Part shown: piece after piece, positions 1 to 12,489 of the stretch | Layout of the letters: the number at the start of each line of letters is the position of its first letter | Position numbering within the stretch: the first letter of the stretch is position 1 | DNA from: Felis catus | Lineage: Eukaryota | Reading direction: 5' to 3' | Length of the DNA stretch: 64,000 nucleotides | Assembly (NCBI RefSeq): GCF_018350175.1 | Contig: NC_058373.1 | Location: 101,186,001 to 101,250,000, forward strand | The notes under the pieces: generated by a model | The model's database searches: none | What the model was told of the DNA's origin: nothing | What the model saw: the letters and a program-made list of their open reading frames with translations, nothing else | Made by a program: the position numbers and the translations under genes

Positions 1-79
1 GTACTATTTTATGCAAGTTAAGAATTGAGCATCAGTGTGGGGATTCCTAATGCCATATATAGGGATAGACTACATGTAT

Positions 80-320
80 TTTCCTCTGTATTTTCCAGTA
101 TACTTTGTCTGTGCTTCTTAGAGCCCTGTACACATTACGTTATGGTCAGTTGTTTCTATGACCCATGCTTCCCTGGACCATAAGCTTCCAGAACCAGGAA
201 GCTTTCTTTCATTTTCTGTTCATTTTCTGTTTCATTTTCTTTTCATTTCTGTTCATTTTCTTTCACTTTGTTTCTAGTACAATGCTAAACCAAAAGGAAC
301 TTTGGCAAACTAATGTCTTC
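80..320 (+). mobile_element. Degraded L2 3' end containing a (TTTTCTGTTTCA)-like tandem expansion at ~203-268
   Basis: Resembles the L2 3' terminal segment; imperfect ~12-bp repeats are visible. Confidence 0.4.
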
Positions 321-704
321 CTTTTAATTTGTAATAAAGTTCGGTATTTTTTGCCAATGAGTTAAGCAAGAATTGTAAAACTAATGATGTTTTGATACAC
401 TAACCTCTGAAATATACCTGTGAGCCATTTTTAAATACAATATCCAAATCCAGGAGAAGGAGAGAGGAGGATTATCTTCACAAATGAATAAAACCATATT
501 TACATAAAGAAGTCTTGATATTATATATGGATTTGTTCAGAAATTACAGTGTATCAATTTTTAAAATAATGTATACACTCTATTTTATATATGCTTTTTA
601 AAAATGGTGAACAGTAATAGTAGTATTTTAATATAATATTATTATCATTATTATAGTAATTAGTACTATATAAATAGTAGGGTTTTTTTAATTTAAAACA
701 TGGG

Positions 705-928
705 TTTTTTTTTTTTAATTTTTTTTTCAACGTTTTTATTTATTTTTGGGACAGAGAGAGACAGAGCATGAACGGGCGAGGGGCAGAGAGGGAGACACAG
801 AATCGGAAACAGGCTCCAGGCTCTGAGCCATCAGCCCAGAGCCCGACGCGGGGCTCGAACTCACAGACCGCGAGATCGTGACCTGGCTGAAGTCGGACGC
901 TTAACCGACTGCGCCACCCAGGCGCCCC
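705..928 (-). mobile_element. Young felid Can-SINE (SINEC_Fc)
   Basis: CpG-rich tRNA-derived head, (CT)n linker, poly-A tail; TSD TAAAACATGGG at 694-704 and 929-939. Confidence 0.97.
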
Positions 929-946
929 TAAAACATGGGGTTTTAA

Positions 947-1066
947 GGGTGCCTGGGTGACACTGTCAATTGAGAGTCCAACTCTTGATTTCAGCTCAGG
1001 TCATGATGTGAGAGTCATGGTTGAGCCCCACATCAGGGTCTGTGCTGAGCATGGATGCTGTTTGGG

Positions 1067-1108
<42 letters not shown>

Positions 1109-1175
1109 CTTCTCCCCTGTGTGCTCCCTATCTCTCTCTAAAATTAAAATTAAACTTAAAAAATCAAAAAAAATT
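947..1175 (+). mobile_element. Older Can-SINE with long (CT)n tract
   Basis: GGGTGCCTGGGTG head, CTCAGGTCATGAT, (CT)n at 1068-1105, A-rich tail. Confidence 0.92.
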
Positions 1176-1539
1176 GTTAAGATGTTTTTAAATAAAGGAT
1201 TGAAAAGTGTTGTGATTTCAACACATCTAGTCCCAAGGAAATCCATGGAAGACCATGAGGCCTCAAAACCAAGCACAGCATGCAGAAATTTATCCAATTG
1301 AGAACATAACCATCAAGAAGCAGCATGGCCCTTAAATCTGCTGGTGCAAAACAGATCAATAAAAGTGTTGGAAGGTCACTGATTGCAACCTATGGGACTA
1401 AAAATCTGTATCTTCAATCCCAATCCCAACCCTATGTTTCAGGCTTTGTATCCAACCAGAGACTTCCCACTTGGAGGTTGCATAATATACTGACTTCACC
1501 CACCCTTCCACAGAGGAACAGACTCAAGACCCAGACAGC

Positions 1540-1650
1540 CTGAGTTTAAGTCAGCAAGCTGCTCAACCTCAGCTTTACCATCTGAATAAATGTGATTAAT
1601 AAAAAGCTCTACCTCACAGAATTGATGGGAGGGTTAAAAAGTGTCTAGAA
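1540..1650 (+). mobile_element. MIR fragment
   Basis: CCTCAGCTTTACCATCTG...CTACCTCACAGAATTG resembles the MIR core. Confidence 0.6.
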
Positions 1651-2009
1651 CATATGAAATGCTATATAAGGGTCTAGTAACATATAAAATCATATGTGCA
1701 GCCTTTGGTAACTTGTTCCTACCCACCTCCCAGTGGCTCACCACCAGCCTCCTGATTTCTTTTATTTTCTTCCAAATCCCAAGGTCTTTCTGGCTTCAGA
1801 GCCTTCACCACCTTCTTGCTTTTCTGCCATTTCCTTCTGGTTTTATCCCCAGAGGCCACCAGAGACTTCCTAAAGTGATAATATTTTGTACAACATTCAT
1901 GTTTTTTTCCAAAATGGTTCCATCTTGATAGAGTTTAAGAGGACAATAGGGAGCTATCAACACGGCAGGTATTGCCCTTGAATATCATTAGTATAACACC
2001 ATAAAAATT

Positions 2010-2190
2010 CCGGAGTCAAAGAGTTCATATTATCCTAGACCCTGGCTTCTCCATTCATTGGCCAAGATACCCTGTATCAGTCTCTTAATTCCCCATGCAG
2101 CATTGTTCTCTTCAAAATTAGGATAAAGTTTATACCTACCTTCCAAAATTGTTACAAGGATTTCATGAAGTGATGAACGTGGAAGGGCTC
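2010..2190 (+). mobile_element. MIR fragment
   Basis: MIR core-like AAAATTAGGATAA...TACCTACCT...TTGTT..AGGATT. Confidence 0.55.
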
Positions 2191-2316
2191 TACCTCCCAA
2201 AAAGGTTTTACAACATGGTACTAGTATTATTTTTATTAGTTGTTATTATTTTATCCACAGAAGAAGGATCGAGTTCAAGTGTTATCACCTCACAGCTAAA
2301 CGTAAGTCTTCATCTT

Positions 2317-2543
2317 TTTTTAAAATTTGTAAAGATTTTTTTAAAGTTTATTTATTTTGAGAGAGAGAGAGAGAGAAGGGGCACCAAGGAAGGGCAGAGA
2401 GGGGGAAGAGAGAGAGTCCCAAGCATGTTCTGTGCTGTCAGCACAGAGCCCAATGTGGGGCTCGATCCCACAAACCGTGAGATCATGACCTGAGCCAAAA
2501 TCCAGAGTCAGACACTTAACTGACTGAGCCACCCAGGTGCCCC
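2317..2543 (-). mobile_element. Can-SINE
   Basis: Full structure; TSD AAGTCTTCATCTT at 2304-2316 and 2544-2556. Confidence 0.96.
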
Positions 2544-2783
2544 AAGTCTTCATCTTGATAAATGCATTTCGTTGTAATTTGTGGTGGCTGATTAGTTAGT
2601 TGCAGTCTTGTGTGAAACAATGAAAAAATTTTCCAGTGTAAAGACAGTTCCTAAGTGCTATGTTGTCGTAGACCTGGACTCTGTCACACTAGACAGCTTA
2701 ATAAAGGTAGTCACTTGGTAATACAATTGGAATGTGTTAGGTATGTTTTCTTTTTATAAAACTTTCCCCATACCTGACAGACC

Positions 2784-2815
<32 letters not shown>

Positions 2816-3897
2816 GCAAAACAGTATCTCATGAAAAAAGAAGAAGAGGAAAAAAGCTAATATCTGAGGGCCTATTATGTGCCAGACATGAAGGAAAAGA
2901 CTCAAGTTCAGCACAGCTCTCGTGGCCCAAGGACAGAGGCCAGCAGCGTGGCAGAACCCTCCCAAGGTCAAGGCAAAGTTACAGAAACTGTGGCCTATTT
3001 TAAAGGTTTTACATTTAATAAATCAATACCTTTAACTGGAAAGAAAAAAATCCAATGCACTATAATTGTACTAGCCACACAGAATTATTTCTTAAAACAG
3101 CAGTTCAAAGTGCACCCCAGAGCATGTGGCCTGATAATAGGTCACACACATAAAAGGTGTGCAATGAATAACTTCTACTTTCAGTTCTGCATGTCCTGGT
3201 GACTGTAGGTATAACCTCACTTGGAGACCAGTGCACCAGCCTCCCCCTGGGGATGGGCATCGTTCAAAGCAGGGTGTTTTGACCTAACACTCTGATGCGG
3301 CCATTTGATGTTAAACCACCTTGTCAACATGTGAAATCACCATCTTTTCAAAAATATAAAAGAGATATTCCCTACCAGAACTGGAATCAGGTCTTATGAG
3401 GCCTAGGTCATATCCGAAGGGAAAAGAAGAAATTTGATGTGAAAATAAGTATTTATTCAGAATGAGGGGGGGAAAAAACCCACAACAAATTACAAATTTT
3501 AATGAGCTGCAAAAAGCCCAGGAAAATAACAATTTTTTATTAACTCCCTGGCAGACCTTCAAAGAACTTTTCCTATATTTTTTGACTATATTCTTCTTAA
3601 TCATCCCTTCATATACCAATGATTTTGTGATATCAGTTCTTAGAGAGAAGAGGAAGATAATTCTATTTGCCATCTAGCAACATTGATCAAAATTGATTTT
3701 TAATTATTAATAGTTTTAGAAAAGCTGTTGATAGCTACTGATAGTTTAGCATCACAATTTGTTACTGGCAGATACACAACATTCTTAGGATTTTTGTCAA
3801 ATTTTGGAAGACTTCTGTCAGGTTTCTTTCATATATGACCTGTAGGATTTCAGGCCCTTGAGTTTTCTTGTTCACTGACCAATCTTAAATACTCTGA

Positions 3898-4404
3898 TTT
3901 TTTTGTTTGTTTTTTATTTCTTTCTTTTAATTTTTAAATTTTATTTAAATCTAAGTTAATTAAAATATAGTGTAATAATGATTTCAGGGGTAGAATTTAG
4001 TGATTCATCACTTACATATAACACGCAGTGCTCATCCCAATGAGTGCCTTCCTTAATGCCCATCACCCATTTAACCCATCTCCCCCTCCAGCAATCCTCA
4101 GTTTGTTCTCTGTATTTAAGAGTCTCTTATGGTTTGCTTCCCTGTATGTTTTTTTTTAATTTTTTTAATGTTTACTTATCTTTGAGAGAGAGAGAACGTG
4201 CACACAAGCGGGTTAAGGGCAGAGAGAGGGAGACACAGAATCTGAAGCAGGCTCCAGGGTCTGAAATGTCAGCACAGAGCCCGACACGGGGCTGGAACTC
4301 ACAAACCCATGAGATCATGACCTGAGCCAAAGCCGTATGCTTACCCAACTGAGCCACCCAGGCGCCCTCTCTGTTTTTATCTTATTTTTTTCTTCCCTTC
4401 CCCT
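3898..4404 (-). mobile_element. Carnivore L1 3' UTR fragment, split by a SINE
   Basis: Poly-T followed by CAGTGCTCATCCCA...CCTCAGTTTGTTCTC...AAGAGTCTCTTATGG; possible TSD AATACTCT at ~3888 and ~4406. Confidence 0.85.
4149..4367 (-). mobile_element. Can-SINE inside the L1 3' UTR fragment
   Basis: Full SINEC structure in reverse complement. Confidence 0.95.
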
Positions 4405-5233
4405 GAATACTCTTTGAACGAACACAATCTAATAACTAGTCCATGAACTTGTAATAATTATACATTGTAAGTTTTATGTTATCAACATCAATGTCAGGAT
4501 TTCATTTTAAATCCAGTAGAAATGCAAAACATCCATGTAATTCAGTAATATGTCTGGTTGCATAAAACACACAATGTCATAAAGGTAAAAAGTACTGCAA
4601 AGTCTGTAGCACTGCTATATATGTGTGGCCTACAAACACAGTATTTCTGATAAATTCCCTTTTGAAAGATTTCCAAAATATTTCTAAGTATATCAACTAC
4701 ATTATCAAGTATATTCCTGGAAGCAAAGAACTTCCGTTTTAATGAGAACTTGAGGGGAATTGAAAGATTCTATTACAATTTTATCTGCCTGATTGGAAGA
4801 ATTTTTCACAGATGGACATCTGGCTCCATAGAATTTGAACCATGTTTCTCCCCCAGCACCCACTGACTTTCAGTGGTAGGAGCTATAGCTCACTCCATGT
4901 TACCATGCAAGCTCTGGCCTTACACTTCCCAGTCATAATGTTGGTGAGTGATAGCAATGGATGGCACGGGCGAGCCTAGAAGTCATTTCTATACCAAAAC
5001 AGAAAGCTAAATAGTTGTATGTGCAAACAATATAAATATACCCCTCTGGCCTAAACGTCAAAGAATCCTAACTCCACTTTTCTGTAGCCTGTTCTCCAAA
5101 AAGCCTGGGGCAACCCCAATGGCACTCAACACGAAGGGGGATGTGACAGGAAGAGGTGAGCCTGGAAAGCGAAAGCAGCCTTCATTAACGGAAGTTAAAG
5201 TACTTTTCTTTTATACATTTTATAAAAGCAAGT

Positions 5234-5464
5234 GGGGGCACCTGGGTGGCTCAGTCAGTTAAGCGACCAACTCTTGATTTTGGCTCAGGTCATGATCTTA
5301 GAGTTGGTGAGTTCGAGCCCCACATCGGGCTCTGTGTTGATGGTGTGGGGCCTGCTGAGGAATCTTTCTCTCTCCCTCTCTCTCTATGCCTTCAGAGCTC
5401 TCTATCTCTCCCTCTTTAAAAATAAATAAATAAACATTTAAAAAAATAAAAATAAAAATAAATT
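5234..5464 (+). mobile_element. Can-SINE inside the hAT element
   Basis: Head, CT linker and A tail; AAAGCAA flanks both sides. Confidence 0.95.
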
Positions 5465-5848
5465 AAAGCAAATGACTGCATCTACATATTACTAGGGCCC
5501 AGCCAGGGCTTTTGAAGGGACCCAAGCAAATGAGGGGCCTTGACATTATGCTTCAACATTTTGCAATGGAGCTGCCCTGATCCCTAACTTTTACTCCATC
5601 CCTCACCTCAAACTTGATCATGTATTTCTGTATTATTTGTATACAGAATATGCTGTTTTGTATGAATGAGCTTCAATTTTAAAATCAGAAAACACAGCGC
5701 AAATTTTTAAAATCTGTTGGGGTTGATCAAGTTAGGCTCCAAGGCTAATGTGTTCCCCAACCTCCATTTTGAAGGACCTTAGTAATTAGTGAAATGCCTA
5801 TATAGAATAGACCGCTAAGAAAACTGTTAGAAATTTAACTGAGTGAGT

Positions 5849-6060
5849 GGGATGCTTGGGTGGCTCAGTCGGTTAAGCACCCTACTTTGGCTCAGGTCAT
5901 GCATGATCTCATGGTTCATGAATTTGAGCCCCACATCGGGCTCTTTGCTGACAGCTCAGAGCCTGAAGCCTGCTTCAGATTCTGTGTCTCCCTCTCTCTC
6001 TGCACCCCCCCCCCCGCTTGCACTCTGTCTCTCTCTCAAAAGTAAATGAATAAACATTTT
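5849..6060 (+). mobile_element. Can-SINE
   Basis: Full structure; TSD core TTAACTGAGTG at 5835-5845 and 6328-6338. Confidence 0.95.
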
Positions 6061-6076
6061 TAAAAAAATTAACTGA

Positions 6077-6319
6077 CTTATGTGGATCCTGAGAAACTTA
6101 ACAGGAACCTATGGGGGAGGGGAAGAAAAAAAAAGAGAGAGAGGTTAGAGTGGGAGAGAGCCAAAGAATAAGAGACTATTAAAAAATGAGAACAAACTGA
6201 GGGCTGATGGGGGGTGGGAGGGAGGGGAGGTTAGGTGATGGGTATTGAAGAAGGCATCTTTTGGGACAAACACTGGGTGTTGTATGGAAACCAATTTGAC
6301 AATAAATTTCATATAAAAA
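6077..6319 (+). mobile_element. Young, severely 5'-truncated felid L1 (last ORF2 codons, 3' UTR, poly-A)
   Basis: Very similar to 28969-29211; AATAAA at 6301; exact 16-bp TSD TAAAAAAATTAACTGA at 6061-6076 and 6320-6335. Confidence 0.95.
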
Positions 6320-7537
6320 TAAAAAAATTAACTGAGTGTTTTCTGTGAAATCTGACGAATATGAGATCCTATTATGCTACAAACATTCTCTTCGGATCCC
6401 CACTTTCACCTTGCCCAATAGATGATATGTACCCACCCAAATAGGGTTATAGAATCAAGAAGTCATCCTAAAGGTATTCATCCTATTGGTTTTCAAATGA
6501 AAAGATGGAATGAATACCTCAGTTAAGAGAGCACATCTATTTATTGATTAAAAGCAAATGATAATGACAACCGTAATTTCATAGATAAATCCATCCACAA
6601 CACTGAGATACAGATGATGCATGTGAATTCTCAGAAAATAAGCAGCCTCCTAACTTAGGATGAGGGGAGCACCTTTTTGAGGTTGGAAAACATAGTAGGA
6701 CTCTGTCTTCTCTTTCCATGTAGTTTGCCACCAATTTGGGACCATGTTTCCATACCATCCTTCTCCCAACTTTGACGTTAACCCATCCTTGATTTCATCT
6801 CATCCTTAATCCTTACCCAGGAAGTACAGGTTGGAGATGAAGTGAAGTTCAAAGATGGGTAACTTTGATTCACATATTATTCATAATTGAAATAGATACA
6901 CTTTAGGGTTTACTCTTTAGATTATGTCAAAATATTTCCATCTCAGTATCACTGAATCAAATGGCTGGCTTCATCCAAACATCAAGAACGCTAGTGAGTT
7001 ACATTATGAACCAAAAATCAGAGAGAATTCTATACATGTTGGTAAAATTCCTAAAGAATAAGTTTATCCTATCCCCATATTGCACAATACTTCCACGTGA
7101 CACATTTCTCTATTTCTACCCCCTCTCCCATCATTCCTTGGCAATTTACTTTGTGGAAGTGTCTCAAAAGCTATTTTCAATAGAACTGAACTTTAAGGAG
7201 CTTAAAAAGCATACTCTCCCCTTTTATTCTGATGTCAGATTATAAAAATAAAGCAGCCCATCATAATTCTCCCATTCTGGAATTCTTTGGGACAGAAATT
7301 TTACTTTGTGGGGGAAGAGAAGCCTAAAAATGCCAGAGGATCATCTCTTTGTGAAAGAATGCTAAGGAAATGGTGTTCCAAGGTAAGTGGCATTCATATA
7401 TTCAACATACTTCCATTTGAGGACCCCTTTGCTGAGTCAGCACAGTGAAATTTAGTAAAATGGATCTATAAACTTTACATTTGATACCTTTTTCCTTAAC
7501 CTGACCTTTACTTCAGGACATGTTCCCGAGACTAAGC

Positions 7538-7720
7538 ATTCATTCATTCATTCATTCATTCATTCATCTACCCATCCATCCATCCATTAAGGAATGATAA
7601 CTTTCTGTGTGCCAGGGAATGAAGACACGGCATTAAATGAAAATGACATGGCTACTGCCCTCATGGAGCTAACAGTTGAGCAGGAAAGACAAGACAGTAA
7701 AGAAAACATTACTCAAATGA
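7538..7720 (-). mobile_element. L2 3' end with (CATT)n tail
   Basis: (CATT)n followed by TGTGTGCCAGG...CTGCCCTCATGGAGCT. Confidence 0.8.
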
Positions 7721-7974
7721 TTAATTAATCATAGAATTTCCCTCTGTTGCCAGGAATACTGGACTGACACTGTGAGTTAGGGAATAAAGATGTTTGCCAA
7801 AACCCCCAAATCCATACCTCTTCACCACAAACCCAAGGCAAGGGGTTCTTCTCTAGCCCCAAAATTGTAAGGAAGGAGGACCCTTATTGTAGGCTTAGAT
7901 CTCTGAGCCCACCCCTGAAACACCTGATCATGTGCCTACCCTGTGTGCTGGTGGTCAAGAAGACATGTTATCAG

Positions 7975-8192
7975 GGTGCACTTGGGTAGCTCAGTCAGTA
8001 AGCATCCATCAGCTCAGGTCATGATCTCATGGTTCTTGAGTTTGAGCCTCACATCAGGCTCTCTGCTGTCAGTGCACAGCCCACTTCAGATCCTCTGTCC
8101 CCTCTCATTCTGCCCCTCCCCCACTTGTGTCCTCTCTCTCTCTCTTTCTCTCAAAAATAAATAAAAAAAGAAACTTAAAATTTTTTTTAAAA
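7975..8192 (+). mobile_element. Can-SINE
   Basis: TSD AAGACATGTTATCAG at 7960-7974 and 8193-8207. Confidence 0.95.
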
Positions 8193-8279
8193 AAGACATG
8201 TTATCAGAAGAGCAGAGATGGAGATGGGTAAGTTTGTTGATCAGACCAAAACAAAAAGACTATAGCCCTATATCCACAT

Positions 8280-9170
8280 CTTTACAGGTCATAAGAACAT
8301 GGAGCTTATTCTAAGAGCCAACAGAAAACCAGTGCAATGTTTTAAGCAGGAAATGAGTTACCCTGCTCACACTGTGAATAATGGTATAAACGGGGACAAG
8401 AATGAAGGCAAGGAGAACAGCTAGAAGGTTATTTCAGGCGAAAGAGGGTGATATCTTAGTTTAGGGTGGTGGCTCTCATGATGGAAAATGGTAGATAAAG
8501 TCAGAGCTGTTTACGTAGACAAAATAGCAGGTGACTTACCATGAAAGGATAAGGAAAAGAGAGGTCAAGATAATTCATAGACTTCCAACTTGAGCAACAG
8601 CTCAGTGATCCTTAACCTGGCTTATTCAGTAAAGTCACCTGAAGACCTTACCCCCACTGTCCCATTTCATTGGTTAAGCACAGGTATATTTTCAACACTG
8701 CTCAGATGTTTCAAATATGAAGTCAGGTTAGAGAACCCCTGAACTAGGCGGACAAGAGTTCCCAAGTAGGAAACACCTGACAGGGAGTTTGTGGGGAAAT
8801 TCCATGAGTTTCCATACTATGTGGGTTTTATCAGAGGAGTCCAAGCAATATGTCAAGTTCAGAATTGGACATACATGTCTGGATGATACAGGAAAGATCT
8901 AAATTGGAGACAGATGAACATGACTGACATTTACATTGCGATGGAAGTCATGGCAGAATATGTAACTACCTAGGGAGAGACTATAGTGAGAACACAAGAG
9001 GACCCTGAAAAACCCCTTCATTAAAGATAGAAGATGACGCGTCAGAAACGGAGGCAAAGAAGGAGTGCTGGTAATTTAGAAGGAAACCAGGAAAGATGGG
9101 GTTTGCCAAAGTCAATGCAAGGCAATGTTTCCAGAAGACAGTGTCTAAGTGGCTTGAAAGCTGTGTTTAA
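8280..9170 (-). mobile_element. Fragmented L2 with a probable MER5-like insert at ~8603-8741
   Basis: Purine-rich L2-like motifs (TTTTAAGCAGG, TTTAGGGTGGTGG); the insert is bounded by CAGTGATCCTTAAC...GAGAACCCCTG. Confidence 0.55.
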
Positions 9171-9679
9171 TTTTGGAAGGGCCTGGAGCTCCACCCTCCT
9201 TCCAACCGTCAAACCTCCGCCTTGATTTTTGAGTCCTCCCCTTGGTAAGTCTCTATTTTGGCAAGATACCTATTAGCAAGGAATTATTATTTAAAGGCCA
9301 AATTGTAGGAAACTTGAAAGCCTAGTGTTTCAGGATTTGGAAAATAAATACAATCTCAGTTCAGATACTAAACATAAAAGATAACATTCCTTGTATACAT
9401 GCTCTCCTGACTTCTAGCACTTAGACGTATATTATGTTCGCCTACGCATGGGTTTAAATTTGGCAAGCACTACAAGTCTTTTAGGGTTCGGTAGCATTCT
9501 TTCTGTTGCCAAGCCTACCCAGGACAAAACAAACAGAGTGATCTCTCAGGACTTGCCCCCTCTTCGGGCCTCAACCGTGACACGTACAGATTTTGTCACT
9601 ATCATGATGTCCTTACCATTTTATTTTATTTCTTTATGTGTGTCTCCTTCTGATTCCCCTGGGGACCAGTAATGCTCTT

Positions 9680-9760
9680 ATATGAGCTTACATCCCCAGC
9701 AGCTATCACAATGCCTACCATTTGGTATGTACTGAATAAATGTTTGCTGAATGAATGGAA
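9680..9760 (+). mobile_element. L2 3' terminus
   Basis: ACAATGCCT...AATAAATGTTTGCTGAATGAATG. Confidence 0.7.
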
Positions 9761-11092
9761 AGTTGCATAATATTTCTGTGAGTTCAGGAACAGCCAATCT
9801 GGAAATTCCATCTCTAAGTATTCTTTCATCATAGACTGTAAAATATTGTTTAAATAAAGGATGTGGTTTATCCATGTTTAAGTTTTAGGTCAATTTTCTA
9901 TGGAGTTAGTAAAATCTCGTTCCAATACAAATTACTTAATCCCTTGGTGTCTTGGGTTTTCTGCCTATAAAATAAGAATGGCAATGTTGATTTCCCTTGA
10001 AGCTGCAGTGAGCATTGTCTTAGAACTCTTTTTGCCCAGAAGACGTACTACTTGGGTTTGAAGACCAATTGATAATCATTTCTGGTTTTGCTCTGAGTAT
10101 ATGTTGTGGGTTCAAATGCTAGGGGGCAACAGGTAAATTATCTGGGTCTGTTCACAATAGCTTCTGGAGCGGTTGCTAAAGGCTAAGTCTTTCGACCAGT
10201 AAAGGATTTCCCATACTAGGAACTGGGTCTATCATGTCATTCTTTGCCATAGGGGGGATTTTTCTGGAGGGATCCAGCCCCTTCCAGGCTGGACACTGAG
10301 TAAATGAAGCATTGGTGGCCTTAGGGAAGAGCCAGACTAGCTGCAGCAAATGTAGTCAAAGCTGCCTTTAAGATCATATCAGATTTGGATTACTTTGTTC
10401 AGAGCTAATCTCCTCCCTAGTTCAAGCCTGCTGGTCAGTTGATTTAAGGGTTTCCTGGTGAAAAAAAATCTATCAGAGAAGAAATAATTTACCTTAACCA
10501 AGGGTAATCTCTCTGACTGCAATTTAAATAATAAAACGCATTTTTATTTGTTAGAGGTCCACTTGACACATAATTCCCCACTGACTGAATGCCGATTATA
10601 TGCCAGGTTTTTGAAATGCCTTACGGCCTTAAATGTTCATGTGGCTATTGTACTATTTCCATTTTATACATGCAGAAAATGAGGCAGAGACCAGATGAAA
10701 TGCTAATCTCCCTGACTCGGAGCTCAGCCTCGTTCCTGCTATTCAGTATTGCCTCATAGACATTCATCTTCTTTCTATATACTATTATGTTAAAGCTAAA
10801 GTTCACCCTCAATCAGTTGACTATTTGCAATCCCACCTTGAATGACATGCATATGGGCTTTCTTGTCATTTAAGATTATTTTGAGGCAAAAAAAAAAAAG
10901 TGAAATGAAAGCAAGTATAATATTTAGTTATCTGACCTTGCTGAATAATCTTGACAGGTTTTCACTGAAACCTAAATTTTCATTTTTGTCCAGGAATTTT
11001 TATTATTGTGTTCATTTCAGTACAGAAGTAACATTCACATCTGTGATCACTGTTGTTCATTTACTTTTCTTCATTTAATTTTAAAAAGTCCA

Positions 11093-11176
11093 TCTGTGTC
11101 TCCCTCTCTCTCTGTCCCTCCCCCGTTCATGCTCTCTCTCTCTGTCCCAAAAATAAATAAATGTTGAAAAAAAATA
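11093..11176 (+). mobile_element. 5'-truncated young Can-SINE (CT linker and tail only)
   Basis: Matches the SINEC_Fc 3' part; TSD TTTAAAAAGTCCA at 11080-11092 and 11177-11189. Confidence 0.92.
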
Positions 11177-12410
11177 TTTAAAAAGTCCAACTGTCTTCTA
11201 TAGCTTTTCAAATTCTTTTTCCCATTTCTCACACCATATGCACATTTTCTCATGAAATTGCTCAGTAGTGTAACCCTTTGGGTTTAATGTGAATAGCCAG
11301 CGCACTATTTAGAGATGTACTCTCCTCAAGAGCTGATGCCAGCAGCCCCTTTCCTGATAACTACAAATAAGTCTGTGTATCGTATACCTGGGAGGATTTT
11401 TATAGATTCATCCACACGGATGGATTCACCCCTCATAGCTTCATGGGAACAAGATAAAAAGTAATAAAAATCATGTTGTGGTCCCTGGGGAAAGATAATT
11501 CCATTTTCCCCAAGAGATAATAGGTAGACTGTACAGTCATCATAAGAAAACAGGTCAAATTGACCCTGTGAACTGAAGGTAGTAAATAGTTTTCCTCACA
11601 GGTCAACTCCAAATGATGGGTAGTAGCTCCCTGAAACACCGGGTTAAGCAAGATCCTGAGGCTGTGTCCAGGTACAGAGCGCTGTAATCTGTCTGTGATG
11701 TCTTCCGTGGGCAGTGGAAAGCTGTGGCAAGGCTGTGTGCTGGCAGGATTTGCTGCCCTGGGAGAAAGCAATGGCCCAGGTAATGACTCAAATAAAAACT
11801 GAGCTCCAAACGAAGTGTATATCACTTTGCAATGGCAAGAGCTCCACTTCACAAATGACCCCAAAGAAAACTTATGAATGACGTACTTCCAGGTGTTTAA
11901 AGCCAAAACAAAACTGATGTGCAATGAAATAGAGAGAAGGGTAGAGGAGAGGATCTTGTTCAGGGAGGAGACAAACAGACTGTGTCCCTGTGATGTCTCT
12001 GTGCGTGCAGGGACAAGGGAACTATGCCCAGTTAGTAAGGAGGAACACCAGATCTGGCCAAACTTGCCCTGCTACAAACTTAGAGGAGAGAGAGCATAGC
12101 TGAGGAGGTGAGTGGGAAGCCTAAGTTAGTACATTCCAGTAGAGAAATACAGAAGGGACCATGCTGATGGTGTTGACCTTCAAGCTGATCACACTAGCAA
12201 AATAGGTGTCTAAATTTCGGGGATTCCCATATGGAAAGCTTTTCTTCTGATGTCCTTGGGCAGGACTCCTGTCGAGACTTAGCATACAGTAAGATGCTTG
12301 TTATTGGTATTCCTTGTGGTGTGGACAGCTCCTCCTAATGCACTATGTCTATCTAATAGGTTACATTTCTCTGCCTTGAAACATTCATTACGTAGTGGGG
12401 GAAAACATGT

Positions 12411-12477
12411 GTTAAATTGCATGTATTAAATTGCATTAAATTTAAATTAAATTGTATTAAATTTAAATGTATTAAAG
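12411..12477. repeat. AT-rich imperfect tandem repeat (TTAAATTG(C/T)A)n
   Basis: Repeated ATTAAAT units are visible. Confidence 0.75.
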
Positions 12478-12489
12478 TGTAGCTCAATC

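Larger units (their letters stand above)
3376..5579 (-). mobile_element. hAT-Tip100 DNA transposon relic (Zaphod-like), internally deleted and interrupted by L1 and SINEs
   Basis: Both ends resemble Zaphod termini. The minus-strand ORF 3311..3673 (RTDITKSLVYEGMIK..KKYRK) resembles the end of the hAT dimerisation domain. Degenerate 8-bp TSD TTCCCTAC (3368-3375) / ATCCCTAA (5580-5587). Confidence 0.8.

Noticed and set aside
5286..5299. AGGTCATGATCT as an IR-0-like nuclear receptor site
   Set aside because: It is part of the Can-SINE consensus and occurs in most copies
11433..11924. 163-aa minus-strand ORF with a good acceptor at 11757
   Set aside because: No recognisable protein and no strong donor; cannot be supported as a CDS
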